The notes: a model not told the origin generated them from the letters alone. DNA of 32,000 nucleotides from Mycobacterium tuberculosis H37Rv (GCF_000195955.2 NC_000962.3:3420001-3452000), one strand, 5' to 3'. Shown: positions 1 through 9,824, counted from the first letter of the stretch. Numbers and translations are program-made.

Positions 1-970
1 GGTCGTCTCGCGGGTGGTCGCCGACGACTGGGTCGTCAACGACGCACGCTTCCTTGTCTATCCGGCCATGAAGGCGCTCACGCTTGACATCGCCTCGATG
101 GTCTTCATGGGCCACGAACCCGGCACCGATCACGAACTGGTCACCAAGGTGAACAAGGCGTTCACGATTACCACCCGTGCCGGCAACGCGGTGATCCGCA
201 CCAGCGTGCCACCGTTCACCTGGTGGCGAGGACTGCGAGCACGCGAGCTGCTGGAAAACTACTTCACCGCCCGAGTCAAAGAGCGCCGCGAAGCGTCGGG
301 CAACGACCTGCTGACGGTGTTGTGCCAGACCGAAGACGACGACGGCAACCGGTTCTCCGACGCCGACATCGTCAACCACATGATCTTCTTGATGATGGCC
401 GCCCACGATACCTCGACGTCAACGGCCACGACGATGGCCTACCAGCTGGCCGCCCACCCGGAATGGCAGCAGCGCTGCCGCGACGAATCGGACCGGCATG
501 GCGATGGGCCGCTCGACATCGAATCCCTAGAGCAGCTGGAATCGCTCGACCTGGTGATGAACGAGTCGATCCGGTTGGTGACGCCGGTCCAGTGGGCGAT
601 GCGGCAGACGGTGCGCGATACCGAACTGCTGGGCTACTACCTACCCAAGGGCACCAACGTGATCGCATACCCAGGGATGAATCATCGCCTGCCGGAAATC
701 TGGACAGACCCGCTGACATTCGACCCGGAACGGTTTACCGAGCCGCGCAACGAGCACAAGCGGCACCGCTATGCGTTCACGCCGTTCGGCGGCGGCGTGC
801 ACAAGTGCATCGGGATGGTGTTCGACCAATTGGAGATAAAGACGATCCTGCACCGGCTGCTGCGCCGCTACCGGCTGGAGCTGTCCCGTCCCGACTACCA
901 GCCCCGCTGGGACTACAGTGCCATGCCGATCCCGATGGACGGGATGCCGATCGTGCTGCGTCCCAGGTAG
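1..970 (+). CDS. cyp136: Cytochrome P450, 3' portion (gene starts upstream of window)
   Basis: ORF open to the left edge; I-helix AAHDTSTST, EXXR-region and heme-binding FGGGVHKCIGMVF motifs; context matches Rv3059. Confidence 0.93.
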   Translation, partial: VVSRVVADDWVVNDARFLVYPAMKALTLDIASMVFMGHEPGTDHELVTKVNKAFTITTRAGNAVIRTSVPPFTWWRGLRARELLENYFTARVKERREASGNDLLTVLCQTEDDDGNRFSDADIVNHMIFLMMAAHDTSTSTATTMAYQLAAHPEWQQRCRDESDRHGDGPLDIESLEQLESLDLVMNESIRLVTPVQWAMRQTVRDTELLGYYLPKGTNVIAYPGMNHRLPEIWTDPLTFDPERFTEPRNEHKRHRYAFTPFGGGVHKCIGMVFDQLEIKTILHRLLRRYRLELSRPDYQPRWDYSAMPIPMDGMPIVLRPR

Positions 971-1277
971 GCCCTCTTCGGCGGATTCCGCCAATCCACC
1001 GGTGCCGCAGATGAAAGTGCCAGTGCGCAGCCCGCACCCACTTTCGACCCGCGGCGGGAGTCGGTCTGGATCAGATCCCGCCGCGGGTCGCGCGAATGGT
1101 CAGCGTCGCTATCGTGCGCCGACGGTGCAAGCCCTTTCGACTTCTATGACGACCGTTTGAATTTGGACGTCCCCTGTTGCAGAAAACCCTCGCTGCGGTG
1201 GAACCTGGCGATAGCATCTGATGACGGTGTGGAAACCGCGGAATATGGGTGTGCTCCAGCGACGAAAGGCTCAATCG

Positions 1278-1430
1278 ATGAGCGCGACTAAAAGCAAGGG
1301 TTTGCGGGCGTTTCAGACACTGGTCGCGGCGCTGGCTGCGGTAGTTGCAGTACTAGCAGCGGGCTGCGCTACCCAGCGCGTTCCCACGGTTCTGCCGGAA
1401 TCGGAGTTAATTCCTCAAAGCCTCGGTTAG
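1278..1430 (+). CDS. Putative 50-aa lipoprotein (small ORF)
   Basis: Internal ATG of ORF 1221..1430: MSATKSKGLRAFQTLVAALAAVVAVLAAGCATQRVPTVLPESELIPQSLG; basic n-region, hydrophobic core, LAAGC lipobox; purine-rich AAAGG upstream. Confidence 0.55.
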   Translation: MSATKSKGLRAFQTLVAALAAVVAVLAAGCATQRVPTVLPESELIPQSLG

Positions 1431-1499
1431 CTGCTCTGCGACCTCGCCGGACGGGTGCAGCGCAACCACGCACATGCAGGAGCAAGAAGGGCGCGACCG

Positions 1500-1640
1500 A
1501 TGATCGCAAAAGGCAACAGGCGGATCCGGGTAGGGCAATTGCTGGGCGCAGCACTGGTCGCTGCTTTTGCCCTGACAGCGGTGGGATGCACAATCCAGAT
1601 GCCTCAGCCACCTCTCCCGCAGCAGGAGTTAAGGCGGTAG
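1500..1640 (+). CDS. Putative 46-aa lipoprotein (small ORF), similar to the preceding one
   Basis: Internal ATG of ORF 1455..1640: MIAKGNRRIRVGQLLGAALVAAFALTAVGCTIQMPQPPLPQQELRR; signal peptide with lipobox-like AVGC; AGGAG upstream. Confidence 0.5.
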   Translation: MIAKGNRRIRVGQLLGAALVAAFALTAVGCTIQMPQPPLPQQELRR

Positions 1641-1651
1641 GTCCGGCCTCA

Positions 1652-1670
1652 GGGTAGCTGCTAACTACCC
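1652..1670. terminator. Short hairpin GGGTAG-ctgctaa-CTACCC after the second mini-lipoprotein ORF
   Basis: Perfect 6-bp inverted repeat with 7-nt loop, 12 nt after the stop codon; no T-tract, so only a weak terminator candidate. Confidence 0.3.
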
Positions 1671-1740
1671 GATGGGGCAGTCACGTCGCCGTCGGGCACG
1701 GTGCGGACGAGCGCGGACACACTCATCCGTACTTTGGTGC

Positions 1741-3213
1741 TTAGAGCCACCAGGAAGCGGCAGCGTCCAGATGGCGGCGGGTGCGGCAACGGGCCAGGCT
1801 GTCGTCACCAGAGCCGATCGCTTCGAGAATCCGTACGTGGGCATGTCCCACAGCGACCACGTCGCTCCATGTCGGCAGCGCCTGCTCTGTGCTCGACAAG
1901 TGCCGGCGGAACAGCTCGACCAGTATCAGCAGGAACAGATCCAGCATCGTATTGCCGGCCGCTCGCGCCAGTCCGACGTGGAACCGAAACTCCTCGACGG
2001 CGGCCGCGCGTACATCGTCGGTGGGGTTATCCAACCTCGGCCGCCCCAGCGTATCGAGGAAGGACGCAACCTCAGGTTCGCTGCGGCGCTTGACAACTTT
2101 CGCGACATTGTCGATCTCGATGGCATCCCGGACGCACCGTAGGTCTTCGCGGCTCGGCTTGCGGTACTGCAGATAGAGCGCGATGGTGTCGATGCTGGCT
2201 TGTGGCTGGGGGGTGGTGACGACCAACCCGCCGCCGGGTCCGCGGCGCATGTGCGCGATCGCGTGATATTCCAGCAGCCGCACCGCTTCCCGAAGCACCG
2301 CGCGGCTCACCTGGTAGCGTTCCAACAGCGCTGTCTCGGTCCCGAAGACCGACCCGACCTGCCAGCCGCTGGCGGCGATATCGTCGCCAATGGTGGCCGC
2401 CAACACCTCGGCCAGCTTGCCGCGGGGCGCGCCCAGGATCAGCTGCTGGGCCCGGCGCGGCTCACGCGCCCGGCCCCCGTTGCGGACGGCCGCATCGTTG
2501 CCGCGCTGGTGCTGCTGCAGCCAGCCGGCTACCGCCTCAACGTGTCGTTCGCTTAAGGTTTTGGCCCACGCCGAATCACCCGCCGTGACGGCCGCGACGA
2601 TATCGGAATGTTCGTTGTGCACTTGACCGGCCGCCTCGACGGCCTCACCTGCGGATTGGGTACCTGACTTCTGGACGTATCGCTTGGTCAGCCGCATCAA
2701 GATGTCGATAAACAGCTGTAGGACAGGGTTTTTCGATTGCTCCGCGAGCACGCGGTAAAACTGCTCAGGCGGCGGGGGCAAACCGGGCCGCCACCGTTCC
2801 TCTGCGCGCAAGACCGCTCGCAGCCTTTCGATGCCGGGTTCGTCGATATGCTCTGCGGCAAGAGAGGCCGCCAAGGGTTCGAGCACCAGACGCGCGCCGA
2901 GCAAGTCACCGATGGTGGTGCCCAGGTATTCGAGATAGATGACCACGGCGCGGGTAGCGGGCCCGGCATTTGGCTCGCAGATGAACAGCCCGCCGTTCGG
3001 TCCACGACGCATTCTTGCCACCTGATGGTGCTCAACCAGACGCACAGCTTCGCGCAGCACCGATCGACTCACGCAAAAGCGTTGCTGCAAAGCGCTTTCC
3101 GAACCCAAGGATGCTCCGATCGGCCAGCCGCGGCGGACGATGTCCGCCTCGATGCGGCGGGCGATCTTCGACGCTCGCTTGTCCGTCCAGACCGCGTCCG
3201 GCTCGGTGCTCAT
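1741..3213 (-). CDS. GntR/FadR-family transcriptional regulator with duplicated wHTH+FCD halves (490 aa)
   Basis: Full-length ORF; two HTH copies: 'ESALQQRFCVSRSVLREAVRLVEHHQVARMRRGPNGG' and 'ETALLERYQVSRAVLREAVRLLEYHAIAHMRRGPGGG'. Context matches Rv3060c. Confidence 0.93.
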   Translation of the reverse strand: MSTEPDAVWTDKRASKIARRIEADIVRRGWPIGASLGSESALQQRFCVSRSVLREAVRLVEHHQVARMRRGPNGGLFICEPNAGPATRAVVIYLEYLGTTIGDLLGARLVLEPLAASLAAEHIDEPGIERLRAVLRAEERWRPGLPPPPEQFYRVLAEQSKNPVLQLFIDILMRLTKRYVQKSGTQSAGEAVEAAGQVHNEHSDIVAAVTAGDSAWAKTLSERHVEAVAGWLQQHQRGNDAAVRNGGRAREPRRAQQLILGAPRGKLAEVLAATIGDDIAASGWQVGSVFGTETALLERYQVSRAVLREAVRLLEYHAIAHMRRGPGGGLVVTTPQPQASIDTIALYLQYRKPSREDLRCVRDAIEIDNVAKVVKRRSEPEVASFLDTLGRPRLDNPTDDVRAAAVEEFRFHVGLARAAGNTMLDLFLLILVELFRRHLSSTEQALPTWSDVVAVGHAHVRILEAIGSGDDSLARCRTRRHLDAAASWWL

Positions 3214-3215
3214 TT

Positions 3216-3235
3216 CAATAGAGTGTACTGTATTG
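3216..3235. promoter_or_regulatory. Imperfect 20-bp palindrome CAATAGAGTG/TACTGTATTG immediately upstream of the GntR gene
   Basis: 8 of 10 half-site positions pair; begins 3 nt upstream of the start codon. Confidence 0.5.
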
Positions 3236-3261
3236 GCTGAGTCAAGGGCGCGAGCTGGGCC

Positions 3262-5427
3262 CTAGCTAATCAGGGGATCACGCGGCATGCCCAGGATCCG
3301 CTCGGCAATCTGATTGCGGGTCACCTCCGACGTGCCGCCGGCGATCGCCATGCCACGGGCGCCCATCACCGTTCGGCCAATCACCCTGCCGGGGCCGTCC
3401 AGCAACGCAATCTCGGGCCCCCATAGCGCGGCCGCGATGGCGGCGCCCTCGATCATGTGCTCTGCCACTTTGAGCTTGGTGATGTTGCCCTCCGGACCAG
3501 GGCCGGCTCCTTCGACGCTGCGAGCGGCACGGCGCAGGTTCAGCAGCCGCAGTGCGTGATCCTCTGCGAGGAAAGCGCCGACTCGAATTGGGGCGCCCGC
3601 AAACGCATCTGACCGCCGCTGGACCAATTGCACCAGCTTCGCCGCCATTGCTTCGTAGTACGAGCCACTGCCGCCGATGCTGACCCGCTCGTTGCCCAGC
3701 GTTGCCCGCGCCACCGTCCACCCGGAGTTCGGCGCCCCGACAACGTCCTCATCGGGGACGAAGACATCGTTGAAGAACACCTCGTTGAATTCCGAGTCGC
3801 CGGTGATCTGCCGCAGCGGCCGCACCTCGACACCGGGGGCCAACATGTCGATGATCACCGTGGTGATGCCAGCGTGTTTGGGGGCATCCGGATCGGTACG
3901 CACGGTAGCCAGGCCACGCGCGCAGTACTGCGCTCCGCTGGTCCACACCTTTTGCCCGTTGATCTTCCAGCCGCCCTCCACCCGAGTTGCGCGGGTCTTG
4001 ACCGAGGCCGCGTCAGACCCCGCGTCAGGTTCGGAGAACAGTTGGCACCATATCTCCTGCTGGCGCAGCGCTTTCTCGACGAATCTTTCAATCTGCCAAG
4101 GCGTTCCGTGCTGAATCAGCGTCAAGATCACCCACCCGGTGATCGAGTAATCCGGGCGCTCGATGCCCGCCGCGCTGAACTCTTCCTCGATCACCAACTG
4201 CTCCACCGCGCCCGCGGCACGACCCCACGGCCTGGGCCAATGCGGCATCACATAGCCCGTCTCGATCAGCTTGTCGCGCTGTGCATCCTTTTCCAGAGCA
4301 GCGATTTCAGCGGCGTCCGAACGGATGCGGGCGCGCAGCTCCTCGGCCTGTGCCGGCAGGTCCAAGCTGATCGCCCGGGTAACGCCAGCCGCGGTGCGCT
4401 CGAAAACGTCTCGGACGGGCGCATCACCGCCGAACAATCCCACGGTCACCAACGCCCGGCGCAGATGCAGATGCGCGTCATGCTCCCAGGTAAAGCCAAT
4501 ACCGCCGTGCACCTGGATGTTGAGCTCGGCATTGCGTGCATAGGCCGGAAACGCCAGGGCCGCAGCGACCGCGGCGGCCAGCCGAAACTGCTCCTCATCC
4601 TCTGCTGCCGCACGCGCGGCATCCCAGACCGCGGCGATCGCCGACTCGGCGGCCACCAGCATGTTCGCGCAGTGATGCTTCACCGCTTGAAACGTGGCGA
4701 TGGTACGGCCGAATTGCTGTCGCACCTTGGCATAGGCCACGGCGCTGTCCACGCAGTCGGCCGCCCCACCGACGGCCTCGGCGGCCAGCAATGTGCGCGC
4801 GCGGGCCAAAGCCGATTCATACGCACCAAGCAGGATGTCGTCGGTCGTGACGCGCACGTTGTCCAGGCGCACGCGGCCACTCCGCCGGGTCGGATCAAAG
4901 TTTTCCGGCACATCAACCGAGACGCCCTTGCGGCCGCGTTCCAACACCAGCACGTCGTCACCGGCGGCAACCAACAGCAGCTCGGCAAGCCCGGCGCCCA
5001 ACACGATTCCCGCCTCACCGTCGGCAACACCGTCGGTAACCTGCACCTGACTATCCAGTCCCACACCCGCCGTCAGGGTTCCGTCAATCAGCGCCGGCAA
5101 CAGCCGTGCCCGTTGGTCATCAGTACCTTCTTTGGCGACCACCGCTGAGGCGATCACGGTCGGCACAAACAGCCCCGGTGCCACCGCACGACCGAGCTCT
5201 TCGATCACCACCACAAGCTCGGACAGGCCATAGCCAGAGCCACCGTGTCGCTCGTCGATATGCAGGCCGAGCCAGCCCAGCTCGGCGAGGTTCTGCCAGA
5301 ACGGCGGGCGGGCGTCCCCCGCCGCGTCCAGTGATGCACGCGCCGCCCAGCGCACCTTCTGCGAAGTCAAGAACGCGCGAGCCACCCCGGAGAGCTCGCG
5401 ATGGTCGTCGGTCAATGCAATACCCAT
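3262..5427 (-). CDS. fadE22: Acyl-CoA dehydrogenase, fused double-length (721 aa)
   Basis: ORF 3262..5430; AcylCoA_DH motifs in both halves (e.g. HGGIGFTWEHDAHL; IAGGTSEVTRNQIAERILGMPRD); GGAGG upstream of ATG at 5427. Confidence 0.93.
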   Translation of the reverse strand: MGIALTDDHRELSGVARAFLTSQKVRWAARASLDAAGDARPPFWQNLAELGWLGLHIDERHGGSGYGLSELVVVIEELGRAVAPGLFVPTVIASAVVAKEGTDDQRARLLPALIDGTLTAGVGLDSQVQVTDGVADGEAGIVLGAGLAELLLVAAGDDVLVLERGRKGVSVDVPENFDPTRRSGRVRLDNVRVTTDDILLGAYESALARARTLLAAEAVGGAADCVDSAVAYAKVRQQFGRTIATFQAVKHHCANMLVAAESAIAAVWDAARAAAEDEEQFRLAAAVAAALAFPAYARNAELNIQVHGGIGFTWEHDAHLHLRRALVTVGLFGGDAPVRDVFERTAAGVTRAISLDLPAQAEELRARIRSDAAEIAALEKDAQRDKLIETGYVMPHWPRPWGRAAGAVEQLVIEEEFSAAGIERPDYSITGWVILTLIQHGTPWQIERFVEKALRQQEIWCQLFSEPDAGSDAASVKTRATRVEGGWKINGQKVWTSGAQYCARGLATVRTDPDAPKHAGITTVIIDMLAPGVEVRPLRQITGDSEFNEVFFNDVFVPDEDVVGAPNSGWTVARATLGNERVSIGGSGSYYEAMAAKLVQLVQRRSDAFAGAPIRVGAFLAEDHALRLLNLRRAARSVEGAGPGPEGNITKLKVAEHMIEGAAIAAALWGPEIALLDGPGRVIGRTVMGARGMAIAGGTSEVTRNQIAERILGMPRDPLIS

Positions 5428-5484
5428 CAAGGCCTCCTAGCGGCACTACCGGACCCACATAGCCCCCAGGCGGTATTGGTAAAG

Positions 5485-5492
5485 AGTATACT
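5485..5492. promoter_or_regulatory. AGTATACT core palindrome upstream of fadE22, resembling the motif at 3216..3235
   Basis: Shared core AGAGTRTACT in both sites. Confidence 0.35.
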
Positions 5493-5583
5493 AATTGTCT
5501 GTCGCGGCCGCGAGACACGGCTTGCTCGGGCACGCCAGCCTTGCCCTCGCCAACGATGTCGGCGAGACATGCCAAGCTGAACC

Positions 5584-7107
5584 GTGCTCCTTCACGACGT
5601 GGCCATCACCTCAATGGACGTGGCCGCCACCTCGTCGCGGCTGACCAAGGTCGCGCGCATCGCCGCCCTGTTGCACCGCGCCGCGCCAGACACACAGCTG
5701 GTCACGATCATCGTGTCGTGGCTCTCCGGCGAGCTGCCGCAACGCCATATCGGTGTCGGGTGGGCGGCATTGCGGTCCCTACCGCCGCCCGCGCCGCAAC
5801 CGGCGTTGACCGTCACCGGTGTCGACGCCACCCTCTCTAAGATCGGCACTCTACCGGGCAAAGGGTCTCAGGCGCAGCGCGCGGCACTCGTTGCGGAATT
5901 GTTCTCCGCCGCAACCGAAGCTGAGCAAACCTTTTTGTTGCGACTGCTCGGCGGTGAACTGCGCCAGGGCGCAAAGGGCGGGATCATGGCCGATGCGGTC
6001 GCCCAGGCCGCCGGGCTCCCGGCCGCGACGGTCCAACGCGCCGCGATGCTAGGCGGCGACCTGGCGGCAGCGGCGGCGGCCGGCCTGTCCGGCGCGGCGC
6101 TGGACACCTTCACCCTGCGAGTGGGCCGACCGATAGGCCCGATGCTGGCACAGACCGCGACCAGCGTCCATGATGCACTCGAACGTCACGGCGGCACAAC
6201 CATTTTCGAGGCTAAACTAGACGGCGCGCGAGTGCAGATCCACCGGGCAAACGACCAGGTCAGGATCTACACCCGAAGCCTGGACGACGTCACTGCCCGG
6301 CTGCCCGAGGTGGTGGAGGCAACACTGGCACTGCCGGTCCGGGATCTAGTGGCCGACGGCGAGGCGATCGCGCTGTGCCCGGACAACCGGCCGCAGCGTT
6401 TCCAGGTCACCGCATCACGGTTCGGCCGATCGGTCGATGTTGCGGCTGCCCGCGCGACGCAGCCACTTTCGGTGTTCTTCTTCGACATCCTGCATCGGGA
6501 TGGTACCGACTTGCTCGAAGCGCCGACCACCGAGCGGCTGGCCGCCCTGGACGCACTGGTGCCGGCTCGGCACCGCGTGGACCGGCTGATCACGTCCGAT
6601 CCAACGGACGCGGCCAACTTCCTGGATGCGACGCTGGCCGCCGGCCACGAGGGGGTGATGGCCAAGGCACCGGCCGCTCGTTACCTTGCGGGTCGCCGCG
6701 GAGCGGGCTGGCTGAAGGTCAAGCCGGTGCACACACTCGACTTGGTGGTGCTCGCGGTGGAATGGGGCTCGGGACGCCGGCGCGGCAAGCTCTCCAATAT
6801 TCACCTGGGCGCACGCGATCCGGCTACCGGTGGATTCGTGATGGTGGGCAAGACCTTCAAAGGAATGACCGACGCCATGCTGGACTGGCAGACCACCAGG
6901 TTTCACGAGATCGCGGTGGGTCCGACAGACGGCTACGTCGTCCAACTTAGGCCCGAGCAGGTGGTCGAGGTAGCCCTCGACGGCGTGCAAAGGTCGTCGC
7001 GCTACCCGGGCGGGCTGGCATTGCGGTTTGCCCGCGTGGTGCGCTACCGCGCCGACAAGGACCCGGCCGAGGCCGACACCATCGATGCCGTGCGCGCGCT
7101 CTACTGA
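5584..7107 (+). CDS. ligB: ATP-dependent DNA ligase (507 aa)
   Basis: Nucleotidyltransferase motif [15 protein letters not shown], later motifs [21 protein letters not shown]; context matches Rv3062. Confidence 0.95.
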
Positions 7108-7242
7108 TCGCACGGCGAGAGTGACTCCTGCGACGGGACACGCCGGCTGGGCGTCGCCAGATTCACGCTCGTCGACCAAGCGGGCGGGACAAGCAGCTGC
7201 AAGGATCAACGGAGATCGCACCCGTGATTGAGGGAGGTGACG

Positions 7243-9519
7243 GTGGCAGCGCCGACCCCGTCGAATCGGATCGAAGAACGCTCCGGACACGCCAGCTGCG
7301 TCCGCGCCGATGCCGACCTGCCACCCGTGGCCATCCTCGGTCGCTCCCCCATCACGCTTCGGCACAAGATCTTCTTCGTGGCCGTTGCCGTGATCGGCGC
7401 TCTCGCCTGGACCGTCGTCGCGTTCTTCCGCAACGAGCCGGTCAACGCGGTCTGGATCGTGGTCGCAGCGGGCTGCACCTACATCATCGGGTTCCGGTTT
7501 TATGCGCGGCTGATCGAAATGAAAGTCGTCCGTCCCCGCGACGATCACGCCACCCCGGCCGAAATCCTCGACGACGGCACCGACTACGTGCCCACCGACC
7601 GGCGGGTGGTATTCGGACACCACTTCGCCGCCATCGCCGGTGCCGGGCCGCTTGTCGGACCAGTACTGGCCACCCAGATGGGTTACTTACCCAGCAGCAT
7701 CTGGATTGTCGTCGGCGCGGTGCTGGCCGGATGTGTCCAGGACTACCTGGTGTTGTGGATCTCCGTGCGGCGGCGTGGCCGCTCCCTGGGTCAGATGGTT
7801 CGCGACGAACTCGGCGCCACCGCCGGAGTGGCCGCCCTCGTTGGAATCCCGGTCATTATCACCATTGTGATCGCGGTGCTGGCGCTGGTGGTCGTGCGGG
7901 CCCTGGCCAAGAGCCCATGGGGCGTCTTCTCGATCGCCATGACCATCCCCATCGCCATCTTCATGGGCTGCTACTTGCGGTTCCTACGTCCCGGGCGGGT
8001 GTCGGAAGTTTCATTGATCGGGATCGGACTGCTGCTGCTCGCCGTTGTCTCCGGTGATTGGGTTGCCCATACCTCCTGGGGCGCAGCGTGGTTCAGCTTG
8101 TCACCGGTGACACTGTGTTGGCTTCTCATCAGCTATGGCTTCGCAGCTTCGGTGCTGCCGGTGTGGCTGCTGCTCGCGCCACGCGACTACCTGTCAACGT
8201 TCATGAAGGTCGGCACCATCGCGCTTCTCGCGATCGGTGTTTGTGCGGCTCACCCGATCATCGAGGCCCCAGCGGTGTCGAAATTCGCCGGTAGCGGCAA
8301 CGGCCCGGTGTTCGCCGGCTCACTGTTTCCATTCCTGTTCATCACCATCGCGTGCGGGGCGCTGTCTGGATTCCACGCGCTCATCTGCTCGGGCACGACG
8401 CCGAAGATGCTGGAGAAGGAAGGCCAGATGCGCGTGATCGGCTACGGCGGCATGATGACCGAGTCCTTCGTCGCCGTCATAGCACTACTCACCGCGGCGA
8501 TCCTCGACCAGCACCTATACTTCACCCTCAACGCGCCGTCCCTGCATACCCACGACAGCGCAGCCACCGCCGCCAAGTACGTCAACGGGCTCGGTTTGAC
8601 GGGCTCACCGGTGACCCCAGACCACATCAGCCAGGCCGCCGCCAGCGTCGGCGAACAGACGATCGTGTCGCGCACCGGCGGTGCGCCGACGCTGGCGTTC
8701 GGCATGGCGGAGATGCTGCATCGAGTGGTCGGCGGTGTGGGCCTCAAGGCGTTCTGGTATCACTTCGCGATCATGTTTGAGGCTCTGTTCATCCTCACCA
8801 CCGTCGACGCCGGCACCAGGGCCGCGCGCTTCATGATCTCCGATGCGCTGGGCAACTTTGGCGGTGTGCTGCGCAAACTGCAGAATCCGAGCTGGCGTCC
8901 CGGTGCGTGGGCTTGCCGTTTGGTGGTCGTCGCGGCGTGGGGCAGCATCCTGCTGCTCGGTGTGACCGATCCGCTGGGCGGCATCAACACGCTGTTCCCG
9001 CTGTTCGGCATTGCCAACCAGTTGCTTGCCGGAATTGCGCTGACCGTCATCACCGTCGTCGTCATCAAGAAGGGGCGACTGAAGTGGGCTTGGATACCGG
9101 GTATTCCACTGCTGTGGGATCTGGCGGTCACCCTGACCGCATCGTGGCAGAAGATCTTCTCCGCTGATCCTTCTGTCGGCTACTGGACTCAGCATGCTCA
9201 CTACGCGGCAGCCCAGCACGCAGGCGAGACCGCGTTCGGCTCGGCCACCAACGCCGATGAGATCAACGACGTCGTCCGGAACACATTCGTCCAGGGCACC
9301 CTGTCGATCGTCTTCGTGGTGGTCGTCGTGCTGGTTGTTGTCGCCGGAGTCATAGTGGCGCTGAAGACAATTCGCGGCCGCGGCATACCGTTGGCCGAGG
9401 ACGATCCGGCGCCGTCGACGTTGTTCGCGCCCGCTGGCCTGATTCCTACAGCCGCAGAGCGAAAGTTGCAACGACGTTTGGGCGCGCCGGCCTCGGCTTC
9501 CGTCGCGGCGCCCGACTAG
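7243..9519 (+). CDS. cstA: Carbon starvation protein A, peptide/pyruvate-type transporter (about 758 aa)
   Basis: Large polytopic ORF 7228..9519 with CstA hallmarks (FGHHFAAIAGAGPLVGPVLA, TTVDAGTRAARFM); GTG start at 7243 behind GGGAGG chosen over 7228. Confidence 0.93.
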   Translation: MAAPTPSNRIEERSGHASCVRADADLPPVAILGRSPITLRHKIFFVAVAVIGALAWTVVAFFRNEPVNAVWIVVAAGCTYIIGFRFYARLIEMKVVRPRDDHATPAEILDDGTDYVPTDRRVVFGHHFAAIAGAGPLVGPVLATQMGYLPSSIWIVVGAVLAGCVQDYLVLWISVRRRGRSLGQMVRDELGATAGVAALVGIPVIITIVIAVLALVVVRALAKSPWGVFSIAMTIPIAIFMGCYLRFLRPGRVSEVSLIGIGLLLLAVVSGDWVAHTSWGAAWFSLSPVTLCWLLISYGFAASVLPVWLLLAPRDYLSTFMKVGTIALLAIGVCAAHPIIEAPAVSKFAGSGNGPVFAGSLFPFLFITIACGALSGFHALICSGTTPKMLEKEGQMRVIGYGGMMTESFVAVIALLTAAILDQHLYFTLNAPSLHTHDSAATAAKYVNGLGLTGSPVTPDHISQAAASVGEQTIVSRTGGAPTLAFGMAEMLHRVVGGVGLKAFWYHFAIMFEALFILTTVDAGTRAARFMISDALGNFGGVLRKLQNPSWRPGAWACRLVVVAAWGSILLLGVTDPLGGINTLFPLFGIANQLLAGIALTVITVVVIKKGRLKWAWIPGIPLLWDLAVTLTASWQKIFSADPSVGYWTQHAHYAAAQHAGETAFGSATNADEINDVVRNTFVQGTLSIVFVVVVVLVVVAGVIVALKTIRGRGIPLAEDDPAPSTLFAPAGLIPTAAERKLQRRLGAPASASVAAPD

Positions 9520-9567
9520 CCCTCCCGCTGCAGTGGTACCGGCGCCGCAATCAGACGGCGAGTAGGC

Positions 9568-9750
9568 GTGGGTCCAACCCGCGATTCGCGGCAGCCGGCG
9601 GAGAGGGCGACCAAGAGACGTTATCGGTTCGCTCGGGGACTCATGGCCGGTCTGCTGGGCACGATGGCTCTCACGAGCGGCGGTGGTGTCGCTCGCGAGG
9701 ATCCATTGGAACCTGATCCGCTAGCCCCGATCATCGACGATTCCAGGTAA
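9568..9750 (+). CDS. Putative small exported peptide (60 aa)
   Basis: MGPTRDSRQPAERATKRRYRFARGLMAGLLGTMALTSGGGVAREDPLEPDPLAPIIDDSR; basic then hydrophobic segment then GVA-like cleavage region and acidic tail. Confidence 0.35.
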   Translation: MGPTRDSRQPAERATKRRYRFARGLMAGLLGTMALTSGGGVAREDPLEPDPLAPIIDDSR

Positions 9751-9824
9751 ACGGATTCGAAGGCACCTATAGGGACGTGCCCTGACGCCCCGCCACAATG
9801 GACGCTTGGGTAGCCTGACCAGCC

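Noticed and set aside
971-1277. ORF 918..1160 (80 aa) between cyp136 and the first mini-lipoprotein.
   Set aside because: Overlaps the cyp136 3' end, no motif or signal sequence, low-complexity composition; not supportable as a gene.
3628-5148. 506-aa plus-strand ORF opposite fadE22.
   Set aside because: Antisense shadow ORF (HRDH/RRPxR-type composition, no motifs) over a clear acyl-CoA dehydrogenase gene.
6415-7623. 402-aa minus-strand ORF opposite ligB and the start of cstA.
   Set aside because: No domain motifs; overlaps two well-supported genes and their spacer.
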